A stretch of 62,165 nt of DNA, filler included, from Choristocarpus tenellus KU-1152 (GCA_964200185.2; 8 parts of 8 records of this genome joined end to end with filler, not necessarily neighbours in it), one strand, 5' to 3'; shown: positions 1 through 12,262, numbered from the whole stretch's first letter. Notes: generated by a model not told the origin, from the sequence alone. Numbers and translations: made by a program.

Positions 1-87
1 GGGGAGGTGGAGAGGCGGGCGGGCGCACACGTTGGCAAAGTAATGATTGACCAACGGTAAACAGAGCAGATGGGAGTGTTTTACACA

Positions 88-186
88 AACTTGCTTGAAC
101 TAACTACTGGACGAACGAGGTATCATCAACATTGTTGTTAAATGTTGATGATGCCTCCTTCGTCCAGTTGTTAGTTCAAGCAAGTT
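88..186. repeat. Long near-perfect inverted repeat (46-bp arms, 7-nt loop); pre-miRNA-like or foldback relic
   Basis: Arm 88-133 (aacttgcttgaactaactactggacgaacgaggtatcatcaacatt) is the reverse complement of 141-186 apart from 3 positions, one of which is a G:U pair on the + strand. Confidence 0.85.
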
Positions 187-1213
187 GTTCGTGTGTCTGT
201 TGAACTCCTCATAACATGCTTACCAGAGTTGGCGCCCATTTTGCTTCAGATGACGTGCACAGTTTCGCGCGGTGGCGGGGGGGGGAGGGATACAACGAAT
301 GAGCAGGAAATTGATAAACTTGTGTTTTTCTTATTTCATGTGAAAGAAGATTTTTTTTTTAAACATATTTTTGCTCTGGGCTGTTGTCGCCTTATTCTCT
401 CTCTTCTCCCTGTTGTTCTCTTGCGATATGTGACAAGTCAAACAAGTTTCCCGAAAAAATAGATAAATGCACATCGGCGTATCTGACAGGGGGTGGGAGG
501 AGGGGGGGCAGATCGCAACAAACGATAATTCGGGCATGACTGAGATATTCGTAGAAAGAGGTCGAACATCACATAATGTCAACACTTATAAGCGCTCAGC
601 GTTAGCTTCTTCTACTTGGGGACGATAGCAATAATTGATGAACAATTTAATAATATGGTGAAATAACACTTCTTCTCACTCGGTCGACCATCCATGATGA
701 CGATGAAACGCCACCCCGAAAGAAACTACATCGAAGTGCTATTTTTTTGAGCATGTCGAAAAAAGCAGTACAAAATTTAATATTTTCAGAATGCTTTTTA
801 AGGTAGGTGGAGACACCAGGGAGATGGGCAAGGAGGGGCCAGTCAGATATTTGACATACTTCCCTGGTTCCTCACCCTGTCTGTGGTGTAGGGCACACCT
901 AGTTTGTTTGGAGGCATAGCAGCAGCAGTGCACGCACAACATTGTAATTACGAACTTTTACAGGAGTGGTGTAGTAAAGGTGGTGGGTGGTCAAATAGGA
1001 AATAGATTTTGGGGAGATATCTTTCACATTTATGTCAGAGAGCATAAAATAATAATAGTGTTGAACCATTTAGGAGTTGGTGGGAGATGTAAACAAAAAG
1101 GTGAATGGGGAAAAAACACCATCTGCGCGCTTCTTTAGCGCGCAGATGAATTTCGGTATTTCCCCACACTCACTACCTAACCGACCAGGTAGGTATACGA
1201 GAAGCTGGGCTCA

Positions 1214-4089
1214 ATGTTGCCATTCCTCCGAGCGCTGTCTTCATTGTGTGTAGTTTTCTCAATTTGCATGGTGGGATCCGTGGTTCCTAGAGGTTGGAGT
1301 CTGGTCATGGCAACATCTAGTCGATCAGCAGCGTTTATACAAACGTCTGGATCATCCACCCTTGGTCGACGGGCACATGGATTACATGATGTTTTCCGAA
1401 GAGTGCTGCGTAGTAAGGTGCATCATATGGATACAAGGCCTGTTACATCTCTGACTTGTAAACAAGGAAGTACATCCTCAGCGGGGGAAGATGAAGTGAA
1501 GATAAAATCGCAGGTGCATGCGAAGGCTGGTTCAGAGAGTGGGAAGGGGTTCGCAACGAGACCAGCTGCAACTCCCAAGCCGAAACCAAAAACGAAAAAG
1601 CCGCAGAAGCCGAAAAACCCGCGCAGCAAGAATCTGCTAGTCATTGGTCTCGGAAACCCTGGTGATAAGTACAAGATGACGAGGCACAATGCAGGATTTC
1701 TTGTTGCAGAGGAGCTGGCGCGTCGACACGGTGCGAAGCTGAAGTCCAAGATTTCCTTTCAGGTGCGAGACATTATTAGAATTGGCCTTCTTCTTGTAAG
1801 GTTCTCCCGGATCACTTTGTTGAGTTGGGAGCATATAAAGTTATTGGTACACAAAGCCTAACACTAGTTGTATTACGCCGAGTTCGGCAACGCATATGAA
1901 GTTTCCATGTCCCGAAATGTGTAACTTCGCGACCTTACATCACGACTCCATATATTCCCACTGCTGCCACTCGTTCCGTAGGGAGAATACTGCTCTATTT
2001 CTGTGAAAGGAAAATCAATTGGTATCCTTCGTCCCTATACCTTCATGAACAATAGTGGACAGGCCGCTCGAAAGGTAGGACAAAGTCGAAATTACCCTTC
2101 GCCACTACCATCATTCGATGTATCAGGACTTGGTGTAACACATAAAAGGACATAATGGGTCGTGGTCTCTTCAATAATATGTTGGGAATGTTGACAGGCC
2201 TTGACAATGTGGTTGTTGAGCCGTCAGCTAGAACAGTGAAGGGCTTGGAGATGATTGAGTTGATTTGCTCCATGCCTCCTCCTCCCCAGGCGCTTGATTA
2301 CTTCAAGCTGACTGCTGACAGCATCCTGGTGCTCGTGGATGAGGTGGCATTGGAGTTTGGGCAGCTTCGGCTGAAGGCTAAGGGTAGTGCAGGTGGGCAC
2401 AATGGACTCAAGAGCATCCAGGCGCACCTCAAGACCCCAGAGTATGCCAGGCTTAGAGTGGGAGTGGGAGGTGAGCCTGCGTGTGTAGAGAAACAAGTAG
2501 CCGGCATCCAGTGTGTTGGTGTGATCATTGTGTGCATCTGTGGCTATTTCCGATACTTCTAATGGAATGCGCGTATTCCAAATTGTGCCGTTGACAAACA
2601 AAGTGAGTGGGAACATCCCCCTCTCATATTCAGCAAGTGAACGTTTCATACTGGCAAGGGCAACAGCACATGAGGTGATGGAAGCTAATTGGCCCAAGAA
2701 CTAACTGCTGTGCGCTGTTGTGATTGTTGGGGCTAAGGACTGGTGACTGGCCTTAGCAACGGTATACGCACATGGAGGTACAAATAATGAAAATAAAGTT
2801 TATTTGACTGTCCAGATTGATTGATGCACTTTATTCTTCTGTTGGTATTGCTTATGGAAGACCATGCCCTACTCTGTCGTGCTCTATGCATATCTTTTTT
2901 TGTGTTTGGTTCTTTTACGTCTTTTGGTTTTTGGTGGTACGTTGCATATTGATTGTTACGGCTAACACTGTGTGCATCTTCGGTACAATGGAGTAATTTT
3001 TTTTTTAACGTGTTGCTCCTACCATCCAAACTGGATGTAACTGTTACCTGTCAGAGATCGCTGTGTGTATTTAGTGGGCTTGCCCTAATGGCAAAGAACA
3101 ATTGTGGATCTGCTGAGAATATGTCAAAACGTAGTTTGGAAGAAGCAACATTTCAACGGAGGTGGGACTTTGCTTAGTACGTGATTTAATTTGAATAATT
3201 TTTTTTCAAGGTGTTGACAATGATTGTAAAAGTAACACGAACAAGCACACACACATGTAAGCACGATACACTAGTTGTTTGTTGGACATTGCTGCCACAA
3301 TTGGAGACCACGGGTGGGCCAACTTCTCATTTGCCTTCCTTGGACTAGAACTCCATGTCAAGTATTGAGATACCACTGTACCACTGGGGCAGACAGTTTT
3401 AGGTTGCGGGTTCAAACCTCGGCCAGACCTCTTTTCTCAACTTCTTATGTAGAGGATGATAATGATAGAGTGAGAGGTGGGGTTCAGTTTACAGTCTCAA
3501 TGGGAAACATGAAGATTGAGACAACCTGTTCGGAATTGCATGAGACCAGCGAGATTATGCCTAACAGATTAAACCGAGCAGCACCCTGGCCTCCGATTTT
3601 GTCTAGTGTTAAGATTTCGCTGTACAAGTGGGGCAGCCAGTTGCATTTGATGCTACCTAAGGGATGCTCAGTCCCCCATAAGCCCCCCCCGCCCCTCCCA
3701 TACCTCCCCACGCTTCGTGTGTGCCCCCTCCCCCTTCATTATACCTTGTATTGTCATCTTTGCATTAACGCCAGTTCTGTCTCCGTTCCATTCTTTCCAC
3801 CAGTATGTTCCCTTTCCCACCCCTAGTATCCACCCGTCAGTCGCTTCACAGAGGTCCGTTTTTTTCTCTTCCTGATTTTTAAAAATTTGTTTTCTATATC
3901 TTTTGTTGCTTGTTTGATGTGACAGGAGCGGGTGGCAAAGTCCTTGCGGATCATGTCCTCGGAGAATTTTCCCGGTTTGAGCTCAAGGGCTTGGATGAAG
4001 TTTTGGCAGACGCCTGTGACACCGTAGAACACTGGTTGGAAGAGGACGACCTTCAGAAAGTTATGACCCGTTGCAATGCTCCACGATGA
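1214..4089 (+). CDS. PTH: Peptidyl-tRNA hydrolase (bacterial-type Pth), plastid-targeted; 4 exons, complete
   Basis: Exons 1214-1762, 1982-2074, 2290-2470 and 3926-4089 have GT-AG ends and consistent phases (0,0,1). Motifs [55 protein letters not shown]; ends ...MTRCNAPR*. N-terminal hydrophobic leader followed by SAAF and a Ser/Arg-rich transit peptide. Confidence 0.93.
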
Positions 4090-5532
4090 CTAAGGGCTTG
4101 ACTCTTGATGTCTGCAAGCTGAGATCTCTTCCTGGGCCAGAACTATCACGGCACGACTCTGTACGTTGTTCTAGGATGCCCCCCCCTCAGCCAGTGCTTG
4201 TGCCTTAGACTGGCCTCCGTTCAGGTTGTCCAATGATTAGGTTAAGCAGTTTGAACGCCTTTCCCGGGTGTTGGTATGGAGAGACTAACATGGTAGGAGT
4301 GTTGAGTCGGCAGTTTCATGGTTGAAACCGTTTTAGTTAGTCCTTTGGATGTGGTTGGTGGTTGTGAGAATGGCTGAGGCAAGATGCAGGTGTGAGTGCA
4401 AGGCTGTGGCTTAGGATTGAGCCCGCTGTTGTTTTTTATGCTACATTCTAATAATACTGGTTTAATAGTTTATTTCGGCGTTAGGAGTTGAAATTCTTCA
4501 ACAAAAAAAGTTGTTGACTTGTTGCTGTCTCACCTCTTCTGTCACTGGGCATGTGCATGGTAGTTTCCTGTGTTGTGATGACTGGAGATTGTCTGAGTCT
4601 TTTGTTACAACCTTTTTCGTGTGGTAAGAGATAGGTGGGTTATTTCTACTCTTCTTGCAGTTGGTGTACCGAGGAATGAGCTTTGCACCCAGCAATGAGG
4701 TGGATAGATATAGATTGATCTTCTGTGTGATTGTGCTTTGACTGATTTTGCATTGCCTTGCAGTAGTAAGCTCGAGAGATGGAGCACTCTACCTATCTAT
4801 TGCATATATATGATGGTAGCTTTTGTGATGAACCGATCTTGCTCTCTCAAATTTGAGTTTAGAAAATTCAGTGATGGCCGTCAAAGGGAAGAATAACTTG
4901 CAAGACCTCTTTAGCGCTTGAGCTATGTATGTAACTGTACCTTAGTAGAACGTCCACAAGAGCTGTTGCTGCTTTCAAGTGCTGGAAGATGGTAAGATTT
5001 ATACTGTTCTGTGGGTTCTTCAGAGGGGTTATGAATGTGCTGTCCACCACCTTACCTCCTATGGCTAACAGAGCTATTTACATACTGAAGGCAGGAGTGG
5101 TTCCCCCAGGCCTCCCATTCTGTAGGGGATTTTTGCCCCTGGAAGACATGCAATGATTGCAATCTGCTCAGGAAAGTCCAGCATAAAGTTTGCTGATTTG
5201 ACTTGAGACGATTGACTGGACCACAAAAACATGGAAACTGTTTGGCTGTCCGAGTCTGCTTCTGTACTCTTGTTACACTCTTTATCAAACTCTTTTTGCA
5301 GGTTCAAGAAATGGAAGAAATAATAATGGCCCTGAGACCCCTTCACCACGACACCTCTTTTTTTTTAGTCTTTTGCGCCCTATTCCGCAAACTGTGGAGG
5401 TTGCTGTATCGTACTCTGCTACCCTGCTTGGTCTTCATTCACCATTCACAATTATTACATGAAGGCGTGACATCTCTGTTGAGTTATCAATGAAGTGACT
5501 CAGGAGTGGGTAATGCCAGAACCGAACCTACC

Positions 5533-5781
5533 AAGGGAAAGTATCTTAGAGGGTACGAGTTTTGCCCATTTGGGACTTGACTTTCCACGATATTTTTATG
5601 ATATTTTCCTACTCCGAAACATTTCGGAGTAGGAAAATGCGTATGTTATGAAAAGGTGCGTCCGGAACAAGGGTATTGACACTTCCTAACAAAACACGAT
5701 AGCCAAAACTACATCAAAATCGCAACATTGGGTTTTGGCCCCCAAACGGACGTGGCTCTACCCTCCAAGATACTTTGACTC
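5533..5781 (-). mobile_element. MITE family A (~250 bp), TSD TACC
   Basis: TIRs aagggaaagtatcttagagggta / taccctccaagatactttgactc; TACC directly flanks both ends; internal sequence shared with the copies at 11326, 20430, 31132, 40794, 58070 and 58597. Confidence 0.9.
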
Positions 5782-6271
5782 TACCTTGCCTTTGTACTAA
5801 TACATACTTCAATTGTACCTGTGGTTCTTGCGTAATTCCATGTACTACATGGTACAGTGGAAACTCTCCTCGAACTGCTTCGTGCCATTGTGAGATTAAT
5901 TCCTCGTTTTCGACAGTGCATCTTGTCTGATGATAGTGAGGACTTAATTTGGTACTGCTGTCCCCTACGTTGCGGTATTCTGTAGCGTCCCATGGTGACT
6001 TTGGCTACCAAGTATTCTGGTATAGCCGCTAGTGACCCCGCTGCTGTACCATACAACAGTTTTGTTGTACTTATCCCTAAGCTGCTTTGTACTTAGTAGG
6101 ATTCCTATTTCCTACTCTCTGACTATTTATGCATTCTAGTCCCTGTTGTAGGGTAAGACATATGTTGAAGTTTTTGAACGATGAAGCGGTTCCAAATAGC
6201 AATTTATACATACATAAAATACAAAAAAGGCTAAAAAGATTAAGCACTAAATGAAATAAATATTCATTTTA

Positions 6272-6439
6272 TTACTTTAAAACTGCTTGTTCAAGCCTCG
6301 ATATTTTTTCTTTTAGTAAAAGTTTTTGCTTTTTTAGAGCGCTAATTGTAATTTCGTCAAGGTGATTATCGTTAGCGGATTTGATTGAGATTTCTAATTG
6401 AGTGTGTTTTTGTTTTAGAGTGTTGGTGTGGGATTTCAT
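6272..6439 (-). CDS. Bacterial-type DUF465/YdcH-family small coiled-coil protein (55 aa)
   Basis: MKSHTNTLKQKHTQLEISIKSANDNHLDEITISALKKQKLLLKEKISRLEQAVLK matches the DUF465 pattern (L..kH..Le..I...D...i..LKKqKL.LKd.I..L). Intronless and very AT-rich, with GGAGG 7 nt upstream of the ATG. Confidence 0.75.
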   Translation of the reverse strand: MKSHTNTLKQKHTQLEISIKSANDNHLDEITISALKKQKLLLKEKISRLEQAVLK

Positions 6440-6820
6440 TGATAGACCTCCGAAATTTTGTAGTTGGATAAGCAGCCATATAAATTGCATCATTCTGAAA
6501 TCGTCGAGCAAAAGTGAAAACAGAACATTTGTTCTGAAAATACCTCGGTAGTGGGGCCTTGTTTTGGATGATCAGGTGGGGGTTACGGCTTGCAGTGTTG
6601 AAACCTCGGTTCACCACTGAGCTGAATTTCTGACTGAGTAGTCAGGTGAAAGACGACATTAGTGTTGAGTTTGACCAACATAAACCATTTTTTTGGTACT
6701 GTAAAGTCTCGCTGGTTAAACGACTAGATGGTCTTTAGTAGACTACTGTCTTACTCAAAATTGAGGATGGTGCAGGACTATGAGGATGGTTGTTTTGCGA
6801 AAACGGTCTTAAAAAAGTAC

Positions 6821-6920
6821 NNNNNNNNNNNNNNNNNNNNNNNNNNNNNNNNNNNNNNNNNNNNTTAATTAATTAANNNNNNNNNNNNNNNNNNNNNNNN
6901 NNNNNNNNNNNNNNNNNNNN
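6821..6920. other. Artificial contig spacer N44-TTAATTAATTAA-N44; also at 13150-13249, 27545-27644, 31028-31127, 40694-40793, 49906-50005, 57774-57873
   Basis: Seven identical 100-bp blocks; TTAATTAATTAA places stop codons in all six frames. Confidence 0.98.
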
Positions 6921-7092
6921 GTTATTGTGCAACACCAGTTATACACACCATGGAGAAGCCACACCACTCTTGCAGTACGCATGTGTTCATCATGATGGAA
7001 TGAAAAGATTCTTTGTTTGGCAGGCAGATCTAGCCAATTTGAGTAATACTTTGACTAAGGGGGTGGGTGATGGGGGGTGAATCACTTGCAAC

Positions 7093-9364
7093 CTCTGACT
7101 GCGGTTGTGACTTCACAATGGTTCCCAGACCAAGCCTCTTGAAAGTCCGAGGATCCATCCACCTGCAGGCATCACAATCGATGCAGCTAGAATAACGGAA
7201 ATGTAGGAAGCATGGACAACATGCCAGAGAGAGAAGGGATGGGCAAGGGGTGGGGGAGGTCAGGTAGGGGAGTGTGGTGGGATGGAGGAAGAGGGGAGTC
7301 ATTTCATAGTCACTGTGATTTGTGTGCACCATTGACATGAGTGTAAGGACAGGGGTTCCACCTAGGGTGATTAGGGCCTATAGGTCAACGTATACCCCAC
7401 AAAAGACAGAATAGGTGGGTATTGTTGCCAAATACTGATTTCTCTTGTGCATATTTACAATTTTGCAAAGGAAAACCACCCCAGACAACTTTCTTTGTTC
7501 CCACAGGACTTGACCAATCTTTCAAGTTTTTTAAAATCAGCATGGTGTGGGAGTAAATCCCCTTCTCAGCACCACTTCAACAAAGGCATACACTGATGTA
7601 CATCACCTCGCGGTCATGTAGTGTGTGCATCTTTGTGTGCATCTTTGCTTTGGGAAATCTTTCCCCAACTCTCCATACCATCACTATATAATCACACTAG
7701 AGATAGCTAGGGCCCCATCATGCAGAAAGGTATCAATTTTCCATAGAAATCAGACCTTGCTACCAACAAAATGTATGTGGAGTCAGCAGGTCAGTTTGGC
7801 ACCTATCACTCACAATATGATCATAACCCAACATACTGTTAAAACCTTTCTCTTCTCCAAGAAAAAAAGTATATCTCTCCATCACCAACGCTATTGTGCT
7901 CTATGCCCCCAGACTAGAAATATTGTTGAGGTTTGTAGTTTTGTCTGCTCGTAATCCCACCACTACAATCCCCCTCGTATGGCACAATAAAAATTCACTT
8001 CGAGAGGTCTACCACAGACCAATGCATCAAATCATGGGCATCAACTTTGTTTGCTAGGACTGTTTGCTAGGACTGCAAAAAAAATCATATCAAACTAATT
8101 GAGGTAGTAACCAGTTGAGGTCACAAAGGAAGAAAAATAGTGAAGCTGTCCCTGAATCAGCTTAGGTTATCCTTCATCCCATTGCTACGCAAATTGTTGC
8201 AAGATATTGATAGCACGTTCCAGAAACCTCCAAATAAAAAAAAATTGCATCAAAGATAGCCAAGGGGGATGGGAAACCCTCCACCTTTCGTTCCTGCCAA
8301 TGGTTGCCATGTCTCTTAATTCTGAGCTGGTTGGCCCATCATAATACTTACATCAATCTAAATGTTAGAAACAGGAGATCTATGTTAGCACTGGTAGTAG
8401 GAGTCATTCTCGGTAGCTCAGGGGATTACTCCATTTTTATCGAGGAAGGTCCACATGATCCTCGACTGTTCTTGAGGCTCATGTAAGGTTGCCCAAGACT
8501 ATGACCATCTACATGATCCCATCATGTGAGAGACATGTGGAGTATTCTCTTGTGGGGTACCTGAGAGATCCTGCACCAACTTGGATAAAAATTGTGTTTC
8601 TCTACTAATTCAGGGCATGGAGCTGGGTCTCACCTTTCATCCACGAAGAATGCTCCCTCCACGTTCTTTCTTCTGCGTTTCTTGTAACCAAGGCCCATCC
8701 TCACCTAATGATATTACCAGTGGTGCTGAGTGAAATGATGGCGATATGTTACCCTACACTTGGAAACTCAGGATAAGCCGGGTTTGTTCATACGTTAGCT
8801 CAGGATTCATACTTCCCCAATGGGTGCTCCAAGCAATGTGTCCACTTTCGACATGGCAGCAGGTTGGAGCCACGACAGTGTGGAGCATGCAGTCAGTTCA
8901 GCGAGCCTGCGAGAGGCCCGCAAACAACCACCAATTCGAGGCTACGAGGGAGCCAGTGTGTAAAAATCTGAGCGAGAACCTCTGAAAATGCATACCGTGG
9001 GACGGAGGAGGTGTCTCCAAAGAATTCGTTTAGAAAGCAACATATGGTAGGGTGAGGAGACCCAGAATAGGAGCGACCAGGGAAATGATCAGAGAGAACT
9101 TCTGGGTTGCCTTTAAAAAACACTGGGCACCTTAGCTGTTACCTAGCTTACCCCAAGACGTGATGTATTCGGTTCACATTGTGAAATCATATCATGTTCG
9201 CCATAAACCTCAGTAGTCTTGGATACTGGGGGTCCATATCGACTTCTCGTTGTACTGTAGGTTGTGGAGGTCCTGATGCTCCAAAAGCCGAAGGCGTAGC
9301 TGCAGGGGTATTCTAAGAGCGCAAAGTATAGGGCAGCAAGAGTGACTTTACATCTAATAGTCAT
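7093..9364 (-). CDS. Plastid-targeted ferredoxin-like domain protein, probably the cyanobacterial-type ferredoxin/MBL-fold metallo-hydrolase fusion; 5' three exons, truncated by contig end
   Basis: Exons 9364-9152, 8704-8634 and 7186-7093 splice in frame to MTIRCKVTLAALYFALLEYPCSYAF...VRMGLGYKKRRRKNVEGAFFVDESCIDCDACRWMDPRTFKRLGLGTIVKSQPQSE. RR..NV.G.F.VD.sCIDCD.CRWM.P..F.....V..QP is the N-terminal Fe-S motif of that family. The MBL domain itself is not in the window. Confidence 0.85.
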
Positions 9365-10506
9365 GCTAGCCAAATGGTCGAAGAGTGTATCAACTTTTAC
9401 AACACCTGAGATGTGTAGATTGTATGTTTGCTTGGGTAGATTCAACCTAAAACGAAATCTCGATTTTGTATCGAATTGGATATGTTATCACATAAGGTTA
9501 TCGAAATAACACACCGTACACACCCTTCAACACGTATCATCAAACGGTATTTCTTAGGAACTGAAACAAGCCTAACGGACCCAAATCGCATCCTTGGAGG
9601 CTGATTTGGCAGGTGCTTCAGTCTTCAATCGCTTGAGGAGAGTCGATTTATTAGGGTGTAGGTCAGACCATATGGATGAGGGTCAAAAAACGTGTACGAC
9701 ACGAGCCGTTGAAGGTCGGGTGTGGGGGGTATGTGCTGAGTGAAGGGAGAATAGAAAGAAAAGATGGACATGGATGGGAATGAGCGCACCATCAAGGACA
9801 AATGGATTTTAACCGGGAATATACTAAAGCTCTTGCCAGTGCCTGCTGTGGGGAGGAAGGGACCACCCTGCCAGTTTGTGATGGCCACCTCCAACACAAA
9901 CGAAAATCTGAGAGCGAAGATCGAATCAAATACCTTAAAACTGAAAGCACGAGTAGCACGGCGAGCTGGGTATAGAACTGCAAAAAAAAACTGCAAATGT
10001 TGATGGGCAGAAGGGAGAGAAGATACCTCCTTGCAAGAGGTGGACGAACTTCCCTTGTGAGGAAAGGTCGGTGTAGGACTCTAGGAATCGAAGGTTGTGT
10101 TGGTTCTACAGATAAGGTGAATGGACTGTTGTGCCCAATAGGAGTCATGTTGAGCGGATTTTCATGCGCCCTGTTAATAGTTTACAGCTCACTCTACGGA
10201 TACATGTGTGGGTCGTATGTACCACTAATTTGTCACCCTCTCGCGTGGCTCTCATTTATCCAGGATAACTGGTCGAGAGAGGTAGTGCAAATCAAGGGGT
10301 TAAAGATTGACTTACATGATCTGCAACTCCTTTAGATCATAGACCTAATCTGTTTAAACGACTTGGAGTTGTAGTGGTGGAGGGTGACACTGCCATCACT
10401 GAAGTGGTGGTTGGTAAAGAACACACCATGATGACACCAATTTATGGTTAACTTCAATGTTTGGTCCACCATATGTAGTCCAGATAGCACACACATGACA
10501 AACACC

Positions 10507-10701
10507 TGCAGCACTTGGGCTGACCCTCCCTAACCTATCCGTATTTGACACGAATTTTTATCAGGGCAGCACTGAATATGGTCAAACTGCATCCTTACGA
10601 TATTTGCAGCACTTGGGCTGATCCTCCCTAACCTATCCGTATTTGACGCGAATCGTTATCAAAGCAGCACTAAATATAGTCAAACTGCATCCTTACGATA
10701 T
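10507..10701. repeat. Tandem duplication, 98-bp unit x2
   Basis: tgcagcacttgggctga...gtcaaactgcatccttacgatat starts at 10507 and again at 10605, with a few substitutions. Confidence 0.9.
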
Positions 10702-11325
10702 GGTGGGGTGCAATGTGTTCTGGACAACCCTGACAGCAGGAGAGGGTGCACATGGGCAGGAATCTTGAACCGATCCTAGGAGTGTTGTGGTTCCCACTGC
10801 AATGAGAGACACCTCTGTATCTTCCAGGGGATTAGATACGAGACATTGGGAGATGCAAGGATGAGGAAAGGAAAGCAAGGACACAACCTGCCACCAGCTA
10901 AGGGATTAGATGAGCCTAGAAATTCTTAATCTCTTAGCACCAACTACAGTAAATGCCGAGTACTGAACCAGAGCTGTGACCAACTTGGAAATATCTTCAA
11001 AAATTATGCAACCTTCAACATGCAAACACCCTCACCGCTGTGGGATGGTTATCGGTAAGAAGGTGCCAGATTGCAGTCAACTGGAGGGAAACATGGATAA
11101 AAGCGAGTGGATAGTGTTCACAAAATTGAAGCAGGACAATGGACCTGTGCACAACCTGCAGTTGATCGCAGGCGCTGTTCACCAGCATGAATGACTTCAA
11201 GATCTAAGGCAATAAGGTGATCCTAGGCCCTTACCACTAAATCCCAATGCTCTCATAGCTTGCAAAACACAACACATATGCACTGGGATACATTGGATAC
11301 AGCATAATTTTTGCTTCCACCTGTT

Positions 11326-11582
11326 GAGCAAAAGTATCTTAGAGGGTAGAGCCGCGTCCATTTGTGGGTGAAAATCCAATGTTGCAACTTTTATGTAATT
11401 TTGGGCATCGTGTTTGTTAGGAAGTGTAAATATCCATGTTCCAAACACACCTTTTCATAACATACACATTTTACCTACTCCAAACTTTTTGGAGTACCAA
11501 AATGTCATAAAATAACCCATGAGCAGCCAAGCCCCAATGGACAAACAGGGCAAAACTCGTACCCTCTAAGATAATTTAACTC
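11326..11582 (+). mobile_element. MITE family A copy
   Basis: gagcaaaagtatcttagagggta ... taccctctaagataatttaactc; abuts a Gypsy RT fragment. Confidence 0.88.
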
Positions 11583-12262
11583 CCTTACAGAGCAAACCCC
11601 CGTACTCAAAAAGTAATTGACTCGTGTGTTAATACTATGGAAGAGCAAGGCATTATTGAAAAACGTGCCAGCCCTTGGGGTAGTCCTGTTACTATTGTGG
11701 CCAAATCTGATGGCTCCCGACCATTCTGTGTAGACTATAGGTCAACTATTAACTAACACCTTGTTCGACAGTCTTGGCCTATGCCTGATATATATAGAGT
11801 CTCATATTGATACTGTTGGGGGTGCCAAATTTATCACCGTTTGTGATATTCAGAGTGCATATTGGCAAATTCCTGTTGCTGAGGATGACATTGATAAAAC
11901 CGCTTTTGTCACGTCCAGGGGAAAATACGTTTTTAAGAGAATGCCCTTTGGGATATCAAATGCCCCTTGGCAATTTCAAATAATCATGTCCTTACTAGAA
12001 CAGCAGTTCAAAGCGTTACAAGCAGCAGGTTTAACTTTGAAACCGTCAAAGATCCAGTTTGGACCCAAAGAAGTACGTTACCTGGGTCACATTTTATCGT
12101 CTGAAGGGATTCATATCGGTGAGGATCGTGTCCGTGCAATCGCTGAATTTCCCAAACCCACGACCATCAAAGAACTTTGATCTGTCTTAGGTATGATATA
12201 TTTTGTGCGTAAATTCATACCCAACTTAGCCACAGTACTCGAACCGTTAGTTCTTCTCACTA
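11583..12262 (+). pseudogene. Ty3/Gypsy reverse transcriptase fragment (frameshifted, YxDD segment deleted)
   Basis: PYRANPR...GIIEKRASPWGSPVTIVAKSDGSRPFCVDYR, DIQSAYWQI, KTAFVT, RMPFGISNAP, LKPSKIQFG..EVRYLGH, FPKPTTIKEL*SVLG...FVRKFIPN. Confidence 0.9.

Noticed and set aside
4868-5430. hAT transposase relic (minus strand, EVRWW.. resembling TRWNS)
   Set aside because: One weak motif in heavily broken frames; not supportable without a search.
6130-6267. Second operon gene downstream of DUF465
   Set aside because: The ATG 4 nt after the stop closes after six codons; a longer ORF would need a frameshift.
6865-6876. Recurring TTAATTAATTAA palindrome as a biological repeat or array
   Set aside because: Always centred in N44 padding; it is an assembly linker. 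ORFs ending at it (e.g. 45701-49957) are artificially terminated.
8893-9123. Integrase-core-like ORF
   Set aside because: Weak resemblance only; it lies inside intron 1 of the well-supported ferredoxin-domain gene.
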